Shown piece by piece: positions 39,686-48,783 of a stretch of DNA of 64,000 bases. How positions within the stretch are numbered: position 1 is the first letter of the stretch; each line of letters begins with the position of its first letter. Source of the DNA: Alphaproteobacteria bacterium (lineage in GTDB: Bacteria; Pseudomonadota; Alphaproteobacteria; UBA828; JAPUJA01); assembly GCA_963694715.1 (NCBI GenBank), contig CAVOEB010000001.1, positions 20,434 through 84,433 of the forward strand, given 5' to 3'. The translations under genes were made by a program, and so were the position numbers. The notes under the pieces were generated by a model, which searched no databases, was not told where the DNA came from, and worked only from the letters and a program-made list of their open reading frames with translations.

Positions 39686-41211
39686 GCGGCGTGCGAGCGC
39701 CGGCCGAGGGCGTCTATGGCGAACTCGAACGCCGTTTTGCGCAGCTTTCGGGGCTGGACGGTGCGCTTGCGGTGCTGACCTGGGACCAGGCAACGCTGAT
39801 GCCGACGGGCGGTGGCGCGGCGCGGGCCGAACAGCTGGCGACACTGGAGACGCTGCGCCACGAGATCCTGACCGAGCCGGCGTTCGTGGGGCTGATCGGC
39901 GAGGCCGAGGCCGACACTGGCCGGCTCGACGAATGGCAGGCGGCCAATCTGGCCCGAATGGCGCACAGCGCGCGCCGGGCCGCGGCGTTGCCCGGCGATC
40001 TTGTCGCCGCGCTCAGTCGGGCGCGCTCGGCCTGTGAGCTGCGCTGGCGCGAGGCCCGCGTGGCGGACGATTACGCGGCCTTCGCCGAGCTCTTCGAGCC
40101 GCTTCTCGGCCTGGTCCGGGAATCCGCGGCGGCCTGGGGTCAGACCCTGGGGCTCGACCCTTACGATGCTCTGATCGACGCCTACGAGCCGGGCATGGGA
40201 GCTGAGCAGATCGATCCGCTGTTCGATGACCTCGCGGGTTTTTTGCCGGAATTTCTGGGCCAGGCGCTGGAGCATCAGGCAGCTAAACCGTCCCGGCTTC
40301 GCTTCGAGGGCCATTTCCCGGTCGCCTTGCAGGAGGCAGTATCGCGCAAGCTGATGGCCTGCCTTGGGTTCGATTTCGAGCGCGGCCGACTCGACGTGAG
40401 CCATCACCCCTTTTGCGGCGGGGTACCCGACGACGTGCGGATCACGACCCGCTACGACGAAGCCGACTTCACCTCGGCCCTGATGGGTGTGCTGCACGAA
40501 ACCGGCCACGCCCTGTTCGAGCGCGGCCTGCCCGCGGCGTGGCGGGATCAGCCCGTGGGCGAGGCGCCGGGCATGGCCGCCCATGAGAGCCAGTCGCTGC
40601 TGGTGGAGATGCAGGTCTGCCGGGGCCGTGCGTTTCTCGAGTTTGCCGCACCGCTCATCGCCGAGGCGTTTGCCTCGTGCGCAGACACCACGGGGCCTGC
40701 CTGGACCGTGGACAACCTGGAGCGCCATGCCCTGTGGGTCGAGCCCAGCCGGATCCGGGTCGATGCCGACGAGGTAACCTACCCCGCCCATATCCTGCTG
40801 CGTACCCGGTTGGAAAAAGCCATGATCGCGGGCGAACTGGGCGTTGCCGATTTGCCCGGCGCGTTCGACGATGGGCTTAAGGCGTTACTCGGGGTTAGCC
40901 CCGAGCGCGCGCGCAACGGCTGCCTACAGGACGTTCACTGGCCCGAGGGGCTGTTCGGCTATTTCCCCTGCTATACGTTGGGCGCGCTGGCCGCCGCGCA
41001 GATTTATGCTGCCGCCTGCGCGGCGGTGCCGGGCATCTCCGAGGCGATCGCGCGAGGCGATTTTACGCCCCTGATGGGTTGGCTGGGCGAGCAAATCCAC
41101 GGCCAGGGCTCGCGCGTCGCGACGCCCGAGTTGATCGCCCGCGCGACGGGTGCGCCGCTGGGTACGGCGGCGTTCAAGACCCACCTCACGCAGCGTTATC
41201 TCGGCGGATGA
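39682..41211 (+). CDS. M32 family carboxypeptidase (Taq-type)
   Basis: Motifs HETGHALFE (HExxH), HESQS and a DxRxT-like region are present. The N-terminus LERRFAQLSGLDGALAVLTWDQATLMP is typical of M32. A TTG start overlaps the surf1 stop. Confidence 0.8.
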   Translation: MSGVRAPAEGVYGELERRFAQLSGLDGALAVLTWDQATLMPTGGGAARAEQLATLETLRHEILTEPAFVGLIGEAEADTGRLDEWQAANLARMAHSARRAAALPGDLVAALSRARSACELRWREARVADDYAAFAELFEPLLGLVRESAAAWGQTLGLDPYDALIDAYEPGMGAEQIDPLFDDLAGFLPEFLGQALEHQAAKPSRLRFEGHFPVALQEAVSRKLMACLGFDFERGRLDVSHHPFCGGVPDDVRITTRYDEADFTSALMGVLHETGHALFERGLPAAWRDQPVGEAPGMAAHESQSLLVEMQVCRGRAFLEFAAPLIAEAFASCADTTGPAWTVDNLERHALWVEPSRIRVDADEVTYPAHILLRTRLEKAMIAGELGVADLPGAFDDGLKALLGVSPERARNGCLQDVHWPEGLFGYFPCYTLGALAAAQIYAAACAAVPGISEAIARGDFTPLMGWLGEQIHGQGSRVATPELIARATGAPLGTAAFKTHLTQRYLGG

Positions 41212-41265
41212 CGGCGGCGCGGCCAGCTTGCGTGTGCATCGACCCGTGCTAAGTTTAGCGAAGCC

Positions 41266-42726
41266 GTGCGTACCGCGTCGCAGCCCGCGCCTTCAGGAGT
41301 TGGTATCTTGCGTTATGTGAGCACCCGGGGAGACACCCCGGCCTGCGGATTCGAAGATGCGCTGCTGGCGGGGCTGGCCCCCGACGGCGGCCTCTTCCTG
41401 CCCGAGGCCTGGCCCACGCTCTCGGCCGGCGAGATCAAGGCGCTTGGGGGAAAATCCTATCCCGAACTCGCGGCCGTGCTGATGATGCCCTACCTCAACG
41501 GCGAGATTGGCGAGGATGTGTTCGCTGAGCTGGTAGCGGAGGCATACCGCGATTTCGAAGGCGAGGCGGTCGCCCCGCTCGTCGAGCTCGAACCGGGGCT
41601 CTGGCTGCTTGAGCTATTTCACGGACCGACCCTGGCGTTCAAGGACATTGCGCTGCAGGTGCTGGGCCGGTTGTTCGATCATGTGCTGAGCAAACGCGGC
41701 GAACGCGTGACCATCGTGGGCGCGACGTCGGGGGATACGGGCTCGGCCGCGATCGAAGCGTGCCGCGACCGCGCGGCGTTGACCGTTTTCATCCTCCATC
41801 CCCAGGGCCGTATCTCGGAGATACAACGCCGCCAGATGACGACGGTGGGGTCCGAGAATATCCACAACATCGCGATCGACGGTACGTTCGACGACTGCCA
41901 GGCGCTGGTCAAGGCGCTCTTCGCCGATGGGGCGTTTCGCACCGAGATACGTCTGGCGGCGATCAACTCGATCAACTGGGTGCGTGTGATGGCCCAGTGC
42001 GTCTATTATTTTTCTGCCGGGCTGGCGCTGGGCGCGCCGGAGCGTGAGGTGGTGTTTTCGGTTCCGACGGGCAATTTCGGCGACGTCTATGCGGGTCATG
42101 TGGCACGCCATATGGGCCTGCCCATCCGCCGCCTGCTGGTGGCGACCAACCGTAACGACATCCTGGCCCGCTTTTTTGAATCCGGGGTTTACCGCAAATC
42201 GACGGTCGAGCCTTCGTTGAGCCCGAGCATGGACATCCAGGTGGCAAGCAACTTCGAGCGCTTTCTGTTCGAGTTGCTGGGGCGAAACGGCGCGGCGGCG
42301 GCGGCCCTGATGGCGGATTTTTTGGAGCGCGGTGAATTCGCGCTCGACGCCCGGCGCATGGCCGAAGCCCAGGCGCTTTATCGCGGCTTCCGGGTGGATG
42401 ACGCGGCGACGCTGGCGACCATTGCGGCGGTGGCGCGCGAGAGCGGGCGCGTGGTCGACCCGCACAGTGCCACGGGGATCGCGGCGGCGAAGAGCCTGCG
42501 CGAGGGTGACGAGCCGGTGGTGTGTCTGGCCACCGCCCACCCGGCGAAATTTCCAGACGCGGTCGAACAGGCGACGGGTGAGCGACCGGTGTTGCCTGCG
42601 CGGCTTGCGGACCTGATGACCCGGCCCGAGTGGTGCAGCGCGCTGCCCAACGAATTGGGCGCGCTGCGCGATCATATTCGCAGTGCCGCGCGAGCGGGCC
42701 AGGGTTTGCGCGAGGGCGTGGCATGA
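41266..42726 (+). CDS. thrC: Threonine synthase (long form)
   Basis: It contains RYVSTRG near the N-terminus and the PLP-lysine region HGPTLAFKD. The start is uncertain (GTG at 41266 or TTG a few codons downstream). Confidence 0.85.
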   Translation: MRTASQPAPSGVGILRYVSTRGDTPACGFEDALLAGLAPDGGLFLPEAWPTLSAGEIKALGGKSYPELAAVLMMPYLNGEIGEDVFAELVAEAYRDFEGEAVAPLVELEPGLWLLELFHGPTLAFKDIALQVLGRLFDHVLSKRGERVTIVGATSGDTGSAAIEACRDRAALTVFILHPQGRISEIQRRQMTTVGSENIHNIAIDGTFDDCQALVKALFADGAFRTEIRLAAINSINWVRVMAQCVYYFSAGLALGAPEREVVFSVPTGNFGDVYAGHVARHMGLPIRRLLVATNRNDILARFFESGVYRKSTVEPSLSPSMDIQVASNFERFLFELLGRNGAAAAALMADFLERGEFALDARRMAEAQALYRGFRVDDAATLATIAAVARESGRVVDPHSATGIAAAKSLREGDEPVVCLATAHPAKFPDAVEQATGERPVLPARLADLMTRPEWCSALPNELGALRDHIRSAARAGQGLREGVA

Positions 42727-43982
42727 CGGTGCGCCTCGATCGTCTGGAGAACGGGCTGCGCGTGGTTACCCAGGATGCGCCCCACCTGGAGACGGCGGCG
42801 CTGGGCCTGTGGGTCGAGGCGGGGTCGCGCTTCGAGCCCGCCGAGATCAACGGCGTCTCGCACGTGCTCGAACATATGGCGTTCAAGGGCACGGCCCGGC
42901 GCAGCGCGAAGGACATCGTCGAGCAAATCGAAGCGGTGGGCGGTCACCTCAACGCCTACACCTCGCGCGAGCAGACCGCCTATCACGCGCGGGTGCTTAA
43001 GGACGATGTCGGGCTGGCGATCGATATCTTAGCGGATATTCTGCAGAATTCGGTGTTTGCCGAAGACGAACTCGCGCGCGAACGCGAGGTTATCGTGCAC
43101 GAGATCGGCGAGGCTCTCGACACGCCGGACGACCTGATTTTCGATCATTTCCAGGAAGCGGCCTATCCCGACCAGCCGCTTGGCCGCACGATCCTCGGGC
43201 CCGTGGAGATCGTCGCCGACATGTCGCGCGAGACCCTGCTCGACTACATGGCAGGTCATTACAGCGCGCCGCGTATGGTGCTCTCGGCGATGGGGCGGGT
43301 CGACCACGACGAGATCGTTGCGCAGGCGGCGGAAGCGTTCGGTGCGCTGGCGACGCGAAACGACGCCCGCCAGGCGCCGGCGAGCTATATCGGCGGCGAG
43401 CGGCGCACGACGCGCGAGCTGGAGCAGCTTCATGTGGTCATGGGTTTCGACGGCGTCGCTTACGGCGATGCGGACTACTACGCGCAGCAGGTCCTGGCGC
43501 AACTCCTGGGCGGGGGCATGTCGTCGCGGCTGTTCCAGGAAGTGCGCGAGAAGCGCGGGCTGGCCTATTCGGTGTTCTGCTTTGCCGCGTCCTATCTCGA
43601 CGGCGGTACGCTGGGGATCTATGCCGGGACCAGCGCGGGCCAGGTCGGCGAGCTAATTCCCGTGCTTTGCGGCGAGCTCTTGCGCTTGGGCGAGACGGTT
43701 ACGGAGGGGGAAATCGCCCGGGTGCGCGCCCAGATCAAGGCGTCACTGCTCATGGCGATGGAAAGCCCCTCGGCGCGCTGCGAGCAGATGGCCCGCCAGT
43801 TGCTGATTTTCGGCCGGCCACTCACGACCGAGGAGATTGTCGCGCAGATCGAGGCCATCGATACGACGGCGATTGCCTGCGTCGCGGCCCGGACCGTGGC
43901 GGGTGGGCCGGTCAGCCTCGCGACCCTGGGCTCGGTCGCCAAGGTCGAGAGTTACGATACCCTGCAGGCGCGCTTCGCCTGA
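42723..43982 (+). CDS. M16 family peptidase, mitochondrial-processing-peptidase-like
   Basis: HVLEHMAFKGT (HxxEH) is present, at 419 aa. Its ATG overlaps the thrC stop (ATGA). The conserved thrC-MPP-like pairing supports the call. Confidence 0.8.
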   Translation: MTVRLDRLENGLRVVTQDAPHLETAALGLWVEAGSRFEPAEINGVSHVLEHMAFKGTARRSAKDIVEQIEAVGGHLNAYTSREQTAYHARVLKDDVGLAIDILADILQNSVFAEDELAREREVIVHEIGEALDTPDDLIFDHFQEAAYPDQPLGRTILGPVEIVADMSRETLLDYMAGHYSAPRMVLSAMGRVDHDEIVAQAAEAFGALATRNDARQAPASYIGGERRTTRELEQLHVVMGFDGVAYGDADYYAQQVLAQLLGGGMSSRLFQEVREKRGLAYSVFCFAASYLDGGTLGIYAGTSAGQVGELIPVLCGELLRLGETVTEGEIARVRAQIKASLLMAMESPSARCEQMARQLLIFGRPLTTEEIVAQIEAIDTTAIACVAARTVAGGPVSLATLGSVAKVESYDTLQARFA

Positions 43983-44010
43983 GCCGGATGGTGGTGCGGG
44001 AGACGATGGG

Positions 44011-44235
44011 ATGATGCACAGGCTGGATGCGACGGGGCTCTCTTGTCCGCTGCCGGTGTTGCGGGCGAAGAAGGCGCTGCGCACGCTCGAGCCCGGCGAC
44101 AGCCTCGAGGTCCGGGCGACGGATCCGTCGGCGCCAAAGGACTTCGAAGCCTTCTGTGAGACCACACGAACGATCCTCGACTCCGTGACCGAGGAGGGTG
44201 CGGTGCTCGTCATCATCATCCGAAGGCCCGCGTGA
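44011..44235 (+). CDS. TusA-like sulfurtransferase (SirA/YedF/YeeD family)
   Basis: 74 aa with the signature CPLP (DATGLSCPLPVLRAKKAL). Confidence 0.75.
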   Translation: MMHRLDATGLSCPLPVLRAKKALRTLEPGDSLEVRATDPSAPKDFEAFCETTRTILDSVTEEGAVLVIIIRRPA

Positions 44236-44849
44236 GGAGCCTGTGGCACACCTCGTGCCGGAGCGCGCGTGGGGTGCGCCTTGAGGGCGCGCGGATATAT
44301 CTGCGCCCACCCGAGCGGCGGGACCGCGAAGCCTGGATCGGCTTGCGCCGCGCCTCGCGCGAGTTCTTGGAGCCCTGGGAGCCGACCTGGGCGCGGGATT
44401 CACTGAACGCCGCGACCTACCGCCTGCGCCTGCGCCGCCAGACCCAGGACGCCGAGGACGATACGGGCTACAGCTTGCTCATGTTTCGCCGCGAGGACGA
44501 AGCGCTGCTCGGCGGCACCACGCTCAGCCGCGTGCAGCGAAGCGTGGTGCAGTCGGCCCAGCTCGGTTACTGGACGGGGCAGCCGTTTGGGCGTCACGGG
44601 TACATGACCGAGGCGCTGCACTGCCTGCTGCCCCATTGCTTCGGCCGCCTCGCGCTGCGCCGCATCGAGGCCGCCTGCCTACCCAAAAACGAGGCCAGCC
44701 AGCGGCTGCTCGAGCGCGTGGGGTTTCGCCGTGAGGGCGAGGCCAAGGAATATCTTAAGATCGCAGGCCAGTGGCGCGATCACCTGCTCTACGCCCTGAT
44801 CGCCCACGAATACCGCTCGCCGGGAGAAAGAGTCACTCAGGTATCTTGA
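44232..44849 (+). CDS. GNAT family N-acetyltransferase (RimJ/RimL-like)
   Basis: An acetyl-CoA binding region is present (QLGYWTGQPFGRHGYMTEAL, then RIEAACLPKNEASQRLLERVGF). A GTG start overlaps the tusA stop. Confidence 0.7.
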   Translation: MRSLWHTSCRSARGVRLEGARIYLRPPERRDREAWIGLRRASREFLEPWEPTWARDSLNAATYRLRLRRQTQDAEDDTGYSLLMFRREDEALLGGTTLSRVQRSVVQSAQLGYWTGQPFGRHGYMTEALHCLLPHCFGRLALRRIEAACLPKNEASQRLLERVGFRREGEAKEYLKIAGQWRDHLLYALIAHEYRSPGERVTQVS

Positions 44850-45023
44850 TCGCGCTCAGTCGCCGCGCAGGCTGGCGCCACATAAGCAGCCCCCCCGAGT
44901 AACTATGACTGGCCGCATCCGCGGCCGGCGTGGGCTTGCGAAATCTACGAATCTTTCGCTAGCACAGCGACATCGTCTCGCGTTTCTGGGGTCGGGGAAA
45001 AACCAGATGTCGGCGAGTGCGGG

Positions 45024-45599
45024 TCAGGCGGTGCCGGACTCGGTCGAGAGCTTGGACAGGTCGACGCCGATTTTGTTGATCGCCTGGTGCCATTTCGAGC
45101 CGACGTCCTCGCCGAATACCAGATCTTCGTCGGCCGGAACCATGAGCCAGCCGTTGGCCTGAATCTCGGCGTCGAGCTGGCCGGGTGCCCAGCCGGCATA
45201 GCCAAGCGCCAGCAGGCTGCGGTTAGGCCCTTCGCCGCTTGCCATGGCCTTGAGCACGTCGACGGTTGCGGTGAGCGCGATGTTGTCGTCAACCATCATG
45301 GTCGCGTCGTGAACATAGTCGGTGGAATGGAGCACGAAGCCGCGCGCGGCTTCGACGGGACCGCCGAAATGGACCCTAATCTGGTCGTCGCGGTTCGGCG
45401 AGTCGAGGCCGAGTTGTTCAAGCAGATCGGGGAAGGTCAAAGAATCGAGGAGTTTATTGACGACCAGTCCCATCGCGCCGTCTTCGGTGTGAGCACAGAG
45501 ATAGACCACCGAGCGGGTAAACCGCTCGTCGATCATGGTCGGCATGGCCACCAGCATGTGGCCATCCAGATAGGGCGAAAGGGCTGTTTCTGTCTTCAC
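45024..45599 (-). CDS. YqgE/AlgH family protein (UPF0301)
   Basis: 191 aa; N-terminus LxGHMLVAMPTMIDERFTRSVVYLCAH... matches the family. Confidence 0.8.
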   Translation of the reverse strand: MKTETALSPYLDGHMLVAMPTMIDERFTRSVVYLCAHTEDGAMGLVVNKLLDSLTFPDLLEQLGLDSPNRDDQIRVHFGGPVEAARGFVLHSTDYVHDATMMVDDNIALTATVDVLKAMASGEGPNRSLLALGYAGWAPGQLDAEIQANGWLMVPADEDLVFGEDVGSKWHQAINKIGVDLSKLSTESGTA

Positions 45600-45878
45600 G
45601 TCACGTTTCCTTCACGAACAATCATACTCCTTGGCACCAGAACAGGATCAACAATTTTTCTTAACATCCGCTGACTTAATAAATTAAGGCGCAATATAGC
45701 GGTTGGGGAAACGTCGAAAAACAGTCACTATTTTAGCTGGTAAATTTTTTTCTTTGGAGGCAGCCGCATTGCGGCGTCAGCGCTGTGCGAGAGCCGGACC
45801 CGCGCTATATTGTAAGCATATAGCGGCGGCGTGCGCTGTCGATCCGGATAAACAAGACGATGAGAGAGGGAGAACGAG

Positions 45879-46364
45879 ATGACCATCAAGGTGGGGGATC
45901 GGCTGCCGTCGGCAAGCTTCGAGGTGATCGGCGAAGGTGGCGAGGGAGCGGTATCGACCGATACGCTGTGCCCGGGCAAGAAGGTTGTGCTGTTCGGCGT
46001 GCCGGGCGCGTTTACGCCGACCTGCTCGGCCGAGCATGTACCGAGCTTCAAGGCGAACGCGGCGGCGCTGCGCGCCAAGGGCGTGGACGCGGTGGGCTGC
46101 GTCTCGGTCAACGATGCCTTCGTCATGAAGGCCTGGGCCGACGAGCGCCAGACCGGCGAGGACGTCATGATGCTGGCCGACGGCAACGGCAGTTTTAGCG
46201 AAGCGACGGGGACAGCGCTCGATTGCTCGACCTGGGGCATGGGCCAGCGTTGTACCCGCTACGCCATGGTGGTCGATGACGGCGTCGTCACCCATATCGC
46301 CGTCGAGGACGATCCCGGGGTCATGACGGTGACCAGCGCCGAAGCGATTCTCGACGCGCTCTAG
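45879..46364 (+). CDS. Peroxiredoxin, Prx5-like (type 2 Prx) subfamily
   Basis: The motif VPGAFTPTCS carries the peroxidatic Cys. 161 aa, with SD GAGAGGGAG upstream. Confidence 0.85.
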   Translation: MTIKVGDRLPSASFEVIGEGGEGAVSTDTLCPGKKVVLFGVPGAFTPTCSAEHVPSFKANAAALRAKGVDAVGCVSVNDAFVMKAWADERQTGEDVMMLADGNGSFSEATGTALDCSTWGMGQRCTRYAMVVDDGVVTHIAVEDDPGVMTVTSAEAILDAL

Positions 46365-46517
46365 GGGCGTCGGTGAACTTGCGGGCCGGGCGCGGCGTCG
46401 GGGCCGCGGGGTTGTGCAGCGTTTTGGAGGATCCAAATGTTATCCACCATAAGGGCTGACCCCGGGGATAACTTGAGCTAGGGTCGGAGCATCTCCGCGA
46501 GACGTGCGAAGGACCAC

Positions 46518-46553
46518 GCCCGCCGGAGAAAACGCTGCTGCGGGCATTTTTTG
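46518..46553 (+). terminator. Putative Rho-independent terminator (GCCCGC stem, 16-nt loop, then T-tract)
   Basis: Sequence gcccgc-cggagaaaacgctgct-gcgggc followed by ATTTTTTG. It lies downstream of the peroxiredoxin gene and upstream of the small-ORF array. Confidence 0.35.
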
Positions 46554-46651
46554 TTCAAAATTCAGGGTTTGTCGAGTATCGCACCCCGCCGGCTGGGGTG
46601 CGTGGCGCATTTATTCTGCCATCAACGTATCTCCCAATAGGGAGAGAAATT

Positions 46652-47023
46652 ATGACATTCACGATCGACCCGCCGGGCGGCGGAAGCCGGCGCCCAAGAT
46701 CTGTGCCGCGCAACCCGGCGGGCGAACGGCTGCAGAAGCTGGAGAACGCGACCTTCGTGACAGGCGAGTTGGAGCGGTTTTCCCAGATGCTGAACGACGA
46801 ATTTGGGAAACAGGTGAACGACGGCAAGACGCGGGGTGCGGCGTTCTCCGAGGATGTGAAGCATCTAAGCTTGGGGCTGATCGACGACATGCTGGCCGGG
46901 ATCGAGACCCTGCCCAACGGGCGGCCCCGGATCGACGAAGTGGGGCGAGGCCGGTTCCGCGAGCGCGCCTGCGAGATGCTTAACCTCAAGCTCGACGAGG
47001 GCAAGAAGCTTCAGGCGCGGTAG
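46652..47023 (+). CDS. Hypothetical small protein P1 (123 aa), first member of a tandem paralogous array
   Basis: An excellent SD AGGGAGAG sits 7 nt upstream of the ATG. P1 shares the motifs ENATF.TGELERF...DEFG and LAGIETLP with P2 and P3. No family was recognised. Confidence 0.5.
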   Translation: MTFTIDPPGGGSRRPRSVPRNPAGERLQKLENATFVTGELERFSQMLNDEFGKQVNDGKTRGAAFSEDVKHLSLGLIDDMLAGIETLPNGRPRIDEVGRGRFRERACEMLNLKLDEGKKLQAR

Positions 47024-47076
47024 CGGAGCGCGACGCGCTTGGCACGCTGTCCGCCGTGGGTAAGGAGCTATCGGAA

Positions 47077-47334
47077 GTGGCAGGGCACAGGCCTGCCGAC
47101 TTCACCGTCATCCGCGAGAGCCTGGGGCGCGCGGTGGACGAGTTCACGGGCGTGTTCGGGCCTGCGCGCGAAGCGTCGACCCGGCGCAAGCTGGACGACA
47201 ATCTGTTCGTTAGAAAATTCAGGGGGTTGGCAGCGAGCGATCTCGACGGGGCCCTCGCGGAGCCGAACGATCCCGCCAACCTGCCGGAACACGGCGAGGA
47301 GGAGCGCGAAAAATTACGCGGGCAGCTGCGCTAG
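47077..47334 (+). CDS. Hypothetical small protein P2 (about 85 aa), paralogue of P1/P3
   Basis: A GTG start sits 9 nt after AAGGAG. Its motif ADFTVIRESLGRAVDEFTGV parallels ENFTAYRERIAGLPERGFAEV in P3 and ENATFVTGELERF..DEFG in P1. Confidence 0.4.
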   Translation: MAGHRPADFTVIRESLGRAVDEFTGVFGPAREASTRRKLDDNLFVRKFRGLAASDLDGALAEPNDPANLPEHGEEEREKLRGQLR

Positions 47335-47340
47335 ACGGCG

Positions 47341-48099
47341 GTGATTTCGCAGGAAGACCCGGCGTTCGCCGAGATGGACTGGCAGGAAGAGGAGATGGGG
47401 GTTCAAACGACCGAGGCGGCGCGGATCGGCGCGGCGTTGCTGGCGCTAAATGGCCGGATCACGCGGATCGAGGCGCTGCTGGCGAAAGATGAACGGCCGG
47501 AGCCGGAAGACGCGGGCGACCGCCGTGCGATGAGCGAGAATTTTACCGCCTACCGGGAGCGTATCGCGGGGTTGCCCGAGCGCGGGTTCGCGGAAGTAGG
47601 CTATGCGGGCCGGGTGGGGATGATCCCTGCACCGCTGGCCGACGAGATCGAGGGCGGACTGCCGGCGAAAGAACCGGCGATGCAGGTGGCGGCTGCGAAG
47701 CGCTTTACGCTTGTGGGCGATCAACTGCCCGCGCCCTGCCCCGAGGAAGTGTTCACGTTCGTGCCTTGCGCGAGAGCCACCGCCTTATTGGAAGCAACTC
47801 TCCACCCTCAGTATCGCATCCACCTATCTATGGGTCTCGGCAGCCGTCTGGTTCGTCGAGATCGCACCTGCGGCTTGGGGCAGATTCGAACACAACGCGT
47901 CGGCGGATTATTGCAACTATTCGGTGTCGGCGGAGAGCGCCAACTATCAGAGCGGGGATATGCCCTGCCTTATTACGCCGTGGTTCTATATCCAGCCCGG
48001 GTTGCTGCTGGTCATTTTGATCGGAGCGACTCAGGCGCCGGCCTATCTAAATTTTCTTGCGCGACACGTCCAACGTCGTCGATGTATGCTCCGATTTGA
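47341..48099 (+). CDS. Hypothetical protein P3; the N-terminal about 130 aa is paralogous to P1/P2 and the 3' half runs through a lower-GC insert (possible fusion or disrupted gene)
   Basis: The paralogue motifs ENFTAYRERIAGLPERGFAEVGYAGRVGMIPAPLADEIEGGLPAKEP are present. After about 47730 the composition changes and all three plus-strand frames stay open, so the true stop is uncertain. Confidence 0.3.
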   Translation: MISQEDPAFAEMDWQEEEMGVQTTEAARIGAALLALNGRITRIEALLAKDERPEPEDAGDRRAMSENFTAYRERIAGLPERGFAEVGYAGRVGMIPAPLADEIEGGLPAKEPAMQVAAAKRFTLVGDQLPAPCPEEVFTFVPCARATALLEATLHPQYRIHLSMGLGSRLVRRDRTCGLGQIRTQRVGGLLQLFGVGGERQLSERGYALPYYAVVLYPARVAAGHFDRSDSGAGLSKFSCATRPTSSMYAPI

Positions 48100-48124
48100 G
48101 GCCACATAAACAGTCCACCTCGCC

Positions 48125-48345
48125 CCGACAGGAATGATCCTCGCACCGCTGGCTCACGAGATCAAAGGCGGGTTTCTGGCGAAGGAGTCGGAGGAGCAGG
48201 TGGTAGCGGCGAAGCGGGACGGGGCGGGAGAGCTTTACCAGAGATAACGCTTCGTCGCTTGAGGCCGATCGCTTCGCCGCGGAAGTGAGTTACGCGGGCC
48301 GGATTGGAGGGACGCTGTGCCGGGCGAATCTCAGGCGGGGTCGAG
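48125..48345 (+). pseudogene. Frameshifted partial copies of the P3 repeat unit
   Basis: 48125-48246 encodes GMILAPLAHEIKGGFLAKESEEQVVAAKRDGAGELYQR*, about 80% nt identity to 47617-47710. 48259-48345 encodes ADRFAAEVSYAGRIGGTL..., homologous to 47585-47625, in a different frame. Neither piece has a start codon or SD. Confidence 0.35.
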
Positions 48346-48783
48346 CCCGGTGATCGCGTCGCGGGCAAGCTCGTCGGCGCGTTCGTTGCCGGCGTTGCCC
48401 GAATGGCCCCTGACCCAGTGAAACTCGACCTCGTGGCGGACGAGGGCCTCGTCGAGGCGCTGCCAGAGGTCGACGTTCTTGACCGGCTTTTTCGCAGCGG
48501 TTCGCCAGTTACGGCGCTTCCAGTCGTGAATCCAGGTGGTGATGCCGTCGCGCACATAGCGGCTATCGGTGTAGAGGTCGACGCGCGCGGGCCGGGTCAG
48601 GGTTTCGAGCGCGATGATCGCTGCCATCAATTCCATGCGGTTGTTGGTGGTGTCGGGCTCGGCGCCGGACAGCTCGCGGATCTGGCCTTGCGCGCTTAGC
48701 ACCACGCCCCAGCCGCCGGGGCCGGGATTGCCCCGGCAGGCGCCGTCGGTATGGATTTTGACCGCCGAGAGGGCCGCGGTCAT
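48331..48783 (-). CDS. rnhA: Ribonuclease HI
   Basis: 150 aa with catalytic motifs [17 protein letters not shown] (DEDD Asp10), MELMA (Glu48) and YTDS (Asp70). The ATG is trimmed from the Arg-rich N-terminal extension of the track ORF. Confidence 0.85.
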   Translation of the reverse strand: MTAALSAVKIHTDGACRGNPGPGGWGVVLSAQGQIRELSGAEPDTTNNRMELMAAIIALETLTRPARVDLYTDSRYVRDGITTWIHDWKRRNWRTAAKKPVKNVDLWQRLDEALVRHEVEFHWVRGHSGNAGNERADELARDAITGLDPA

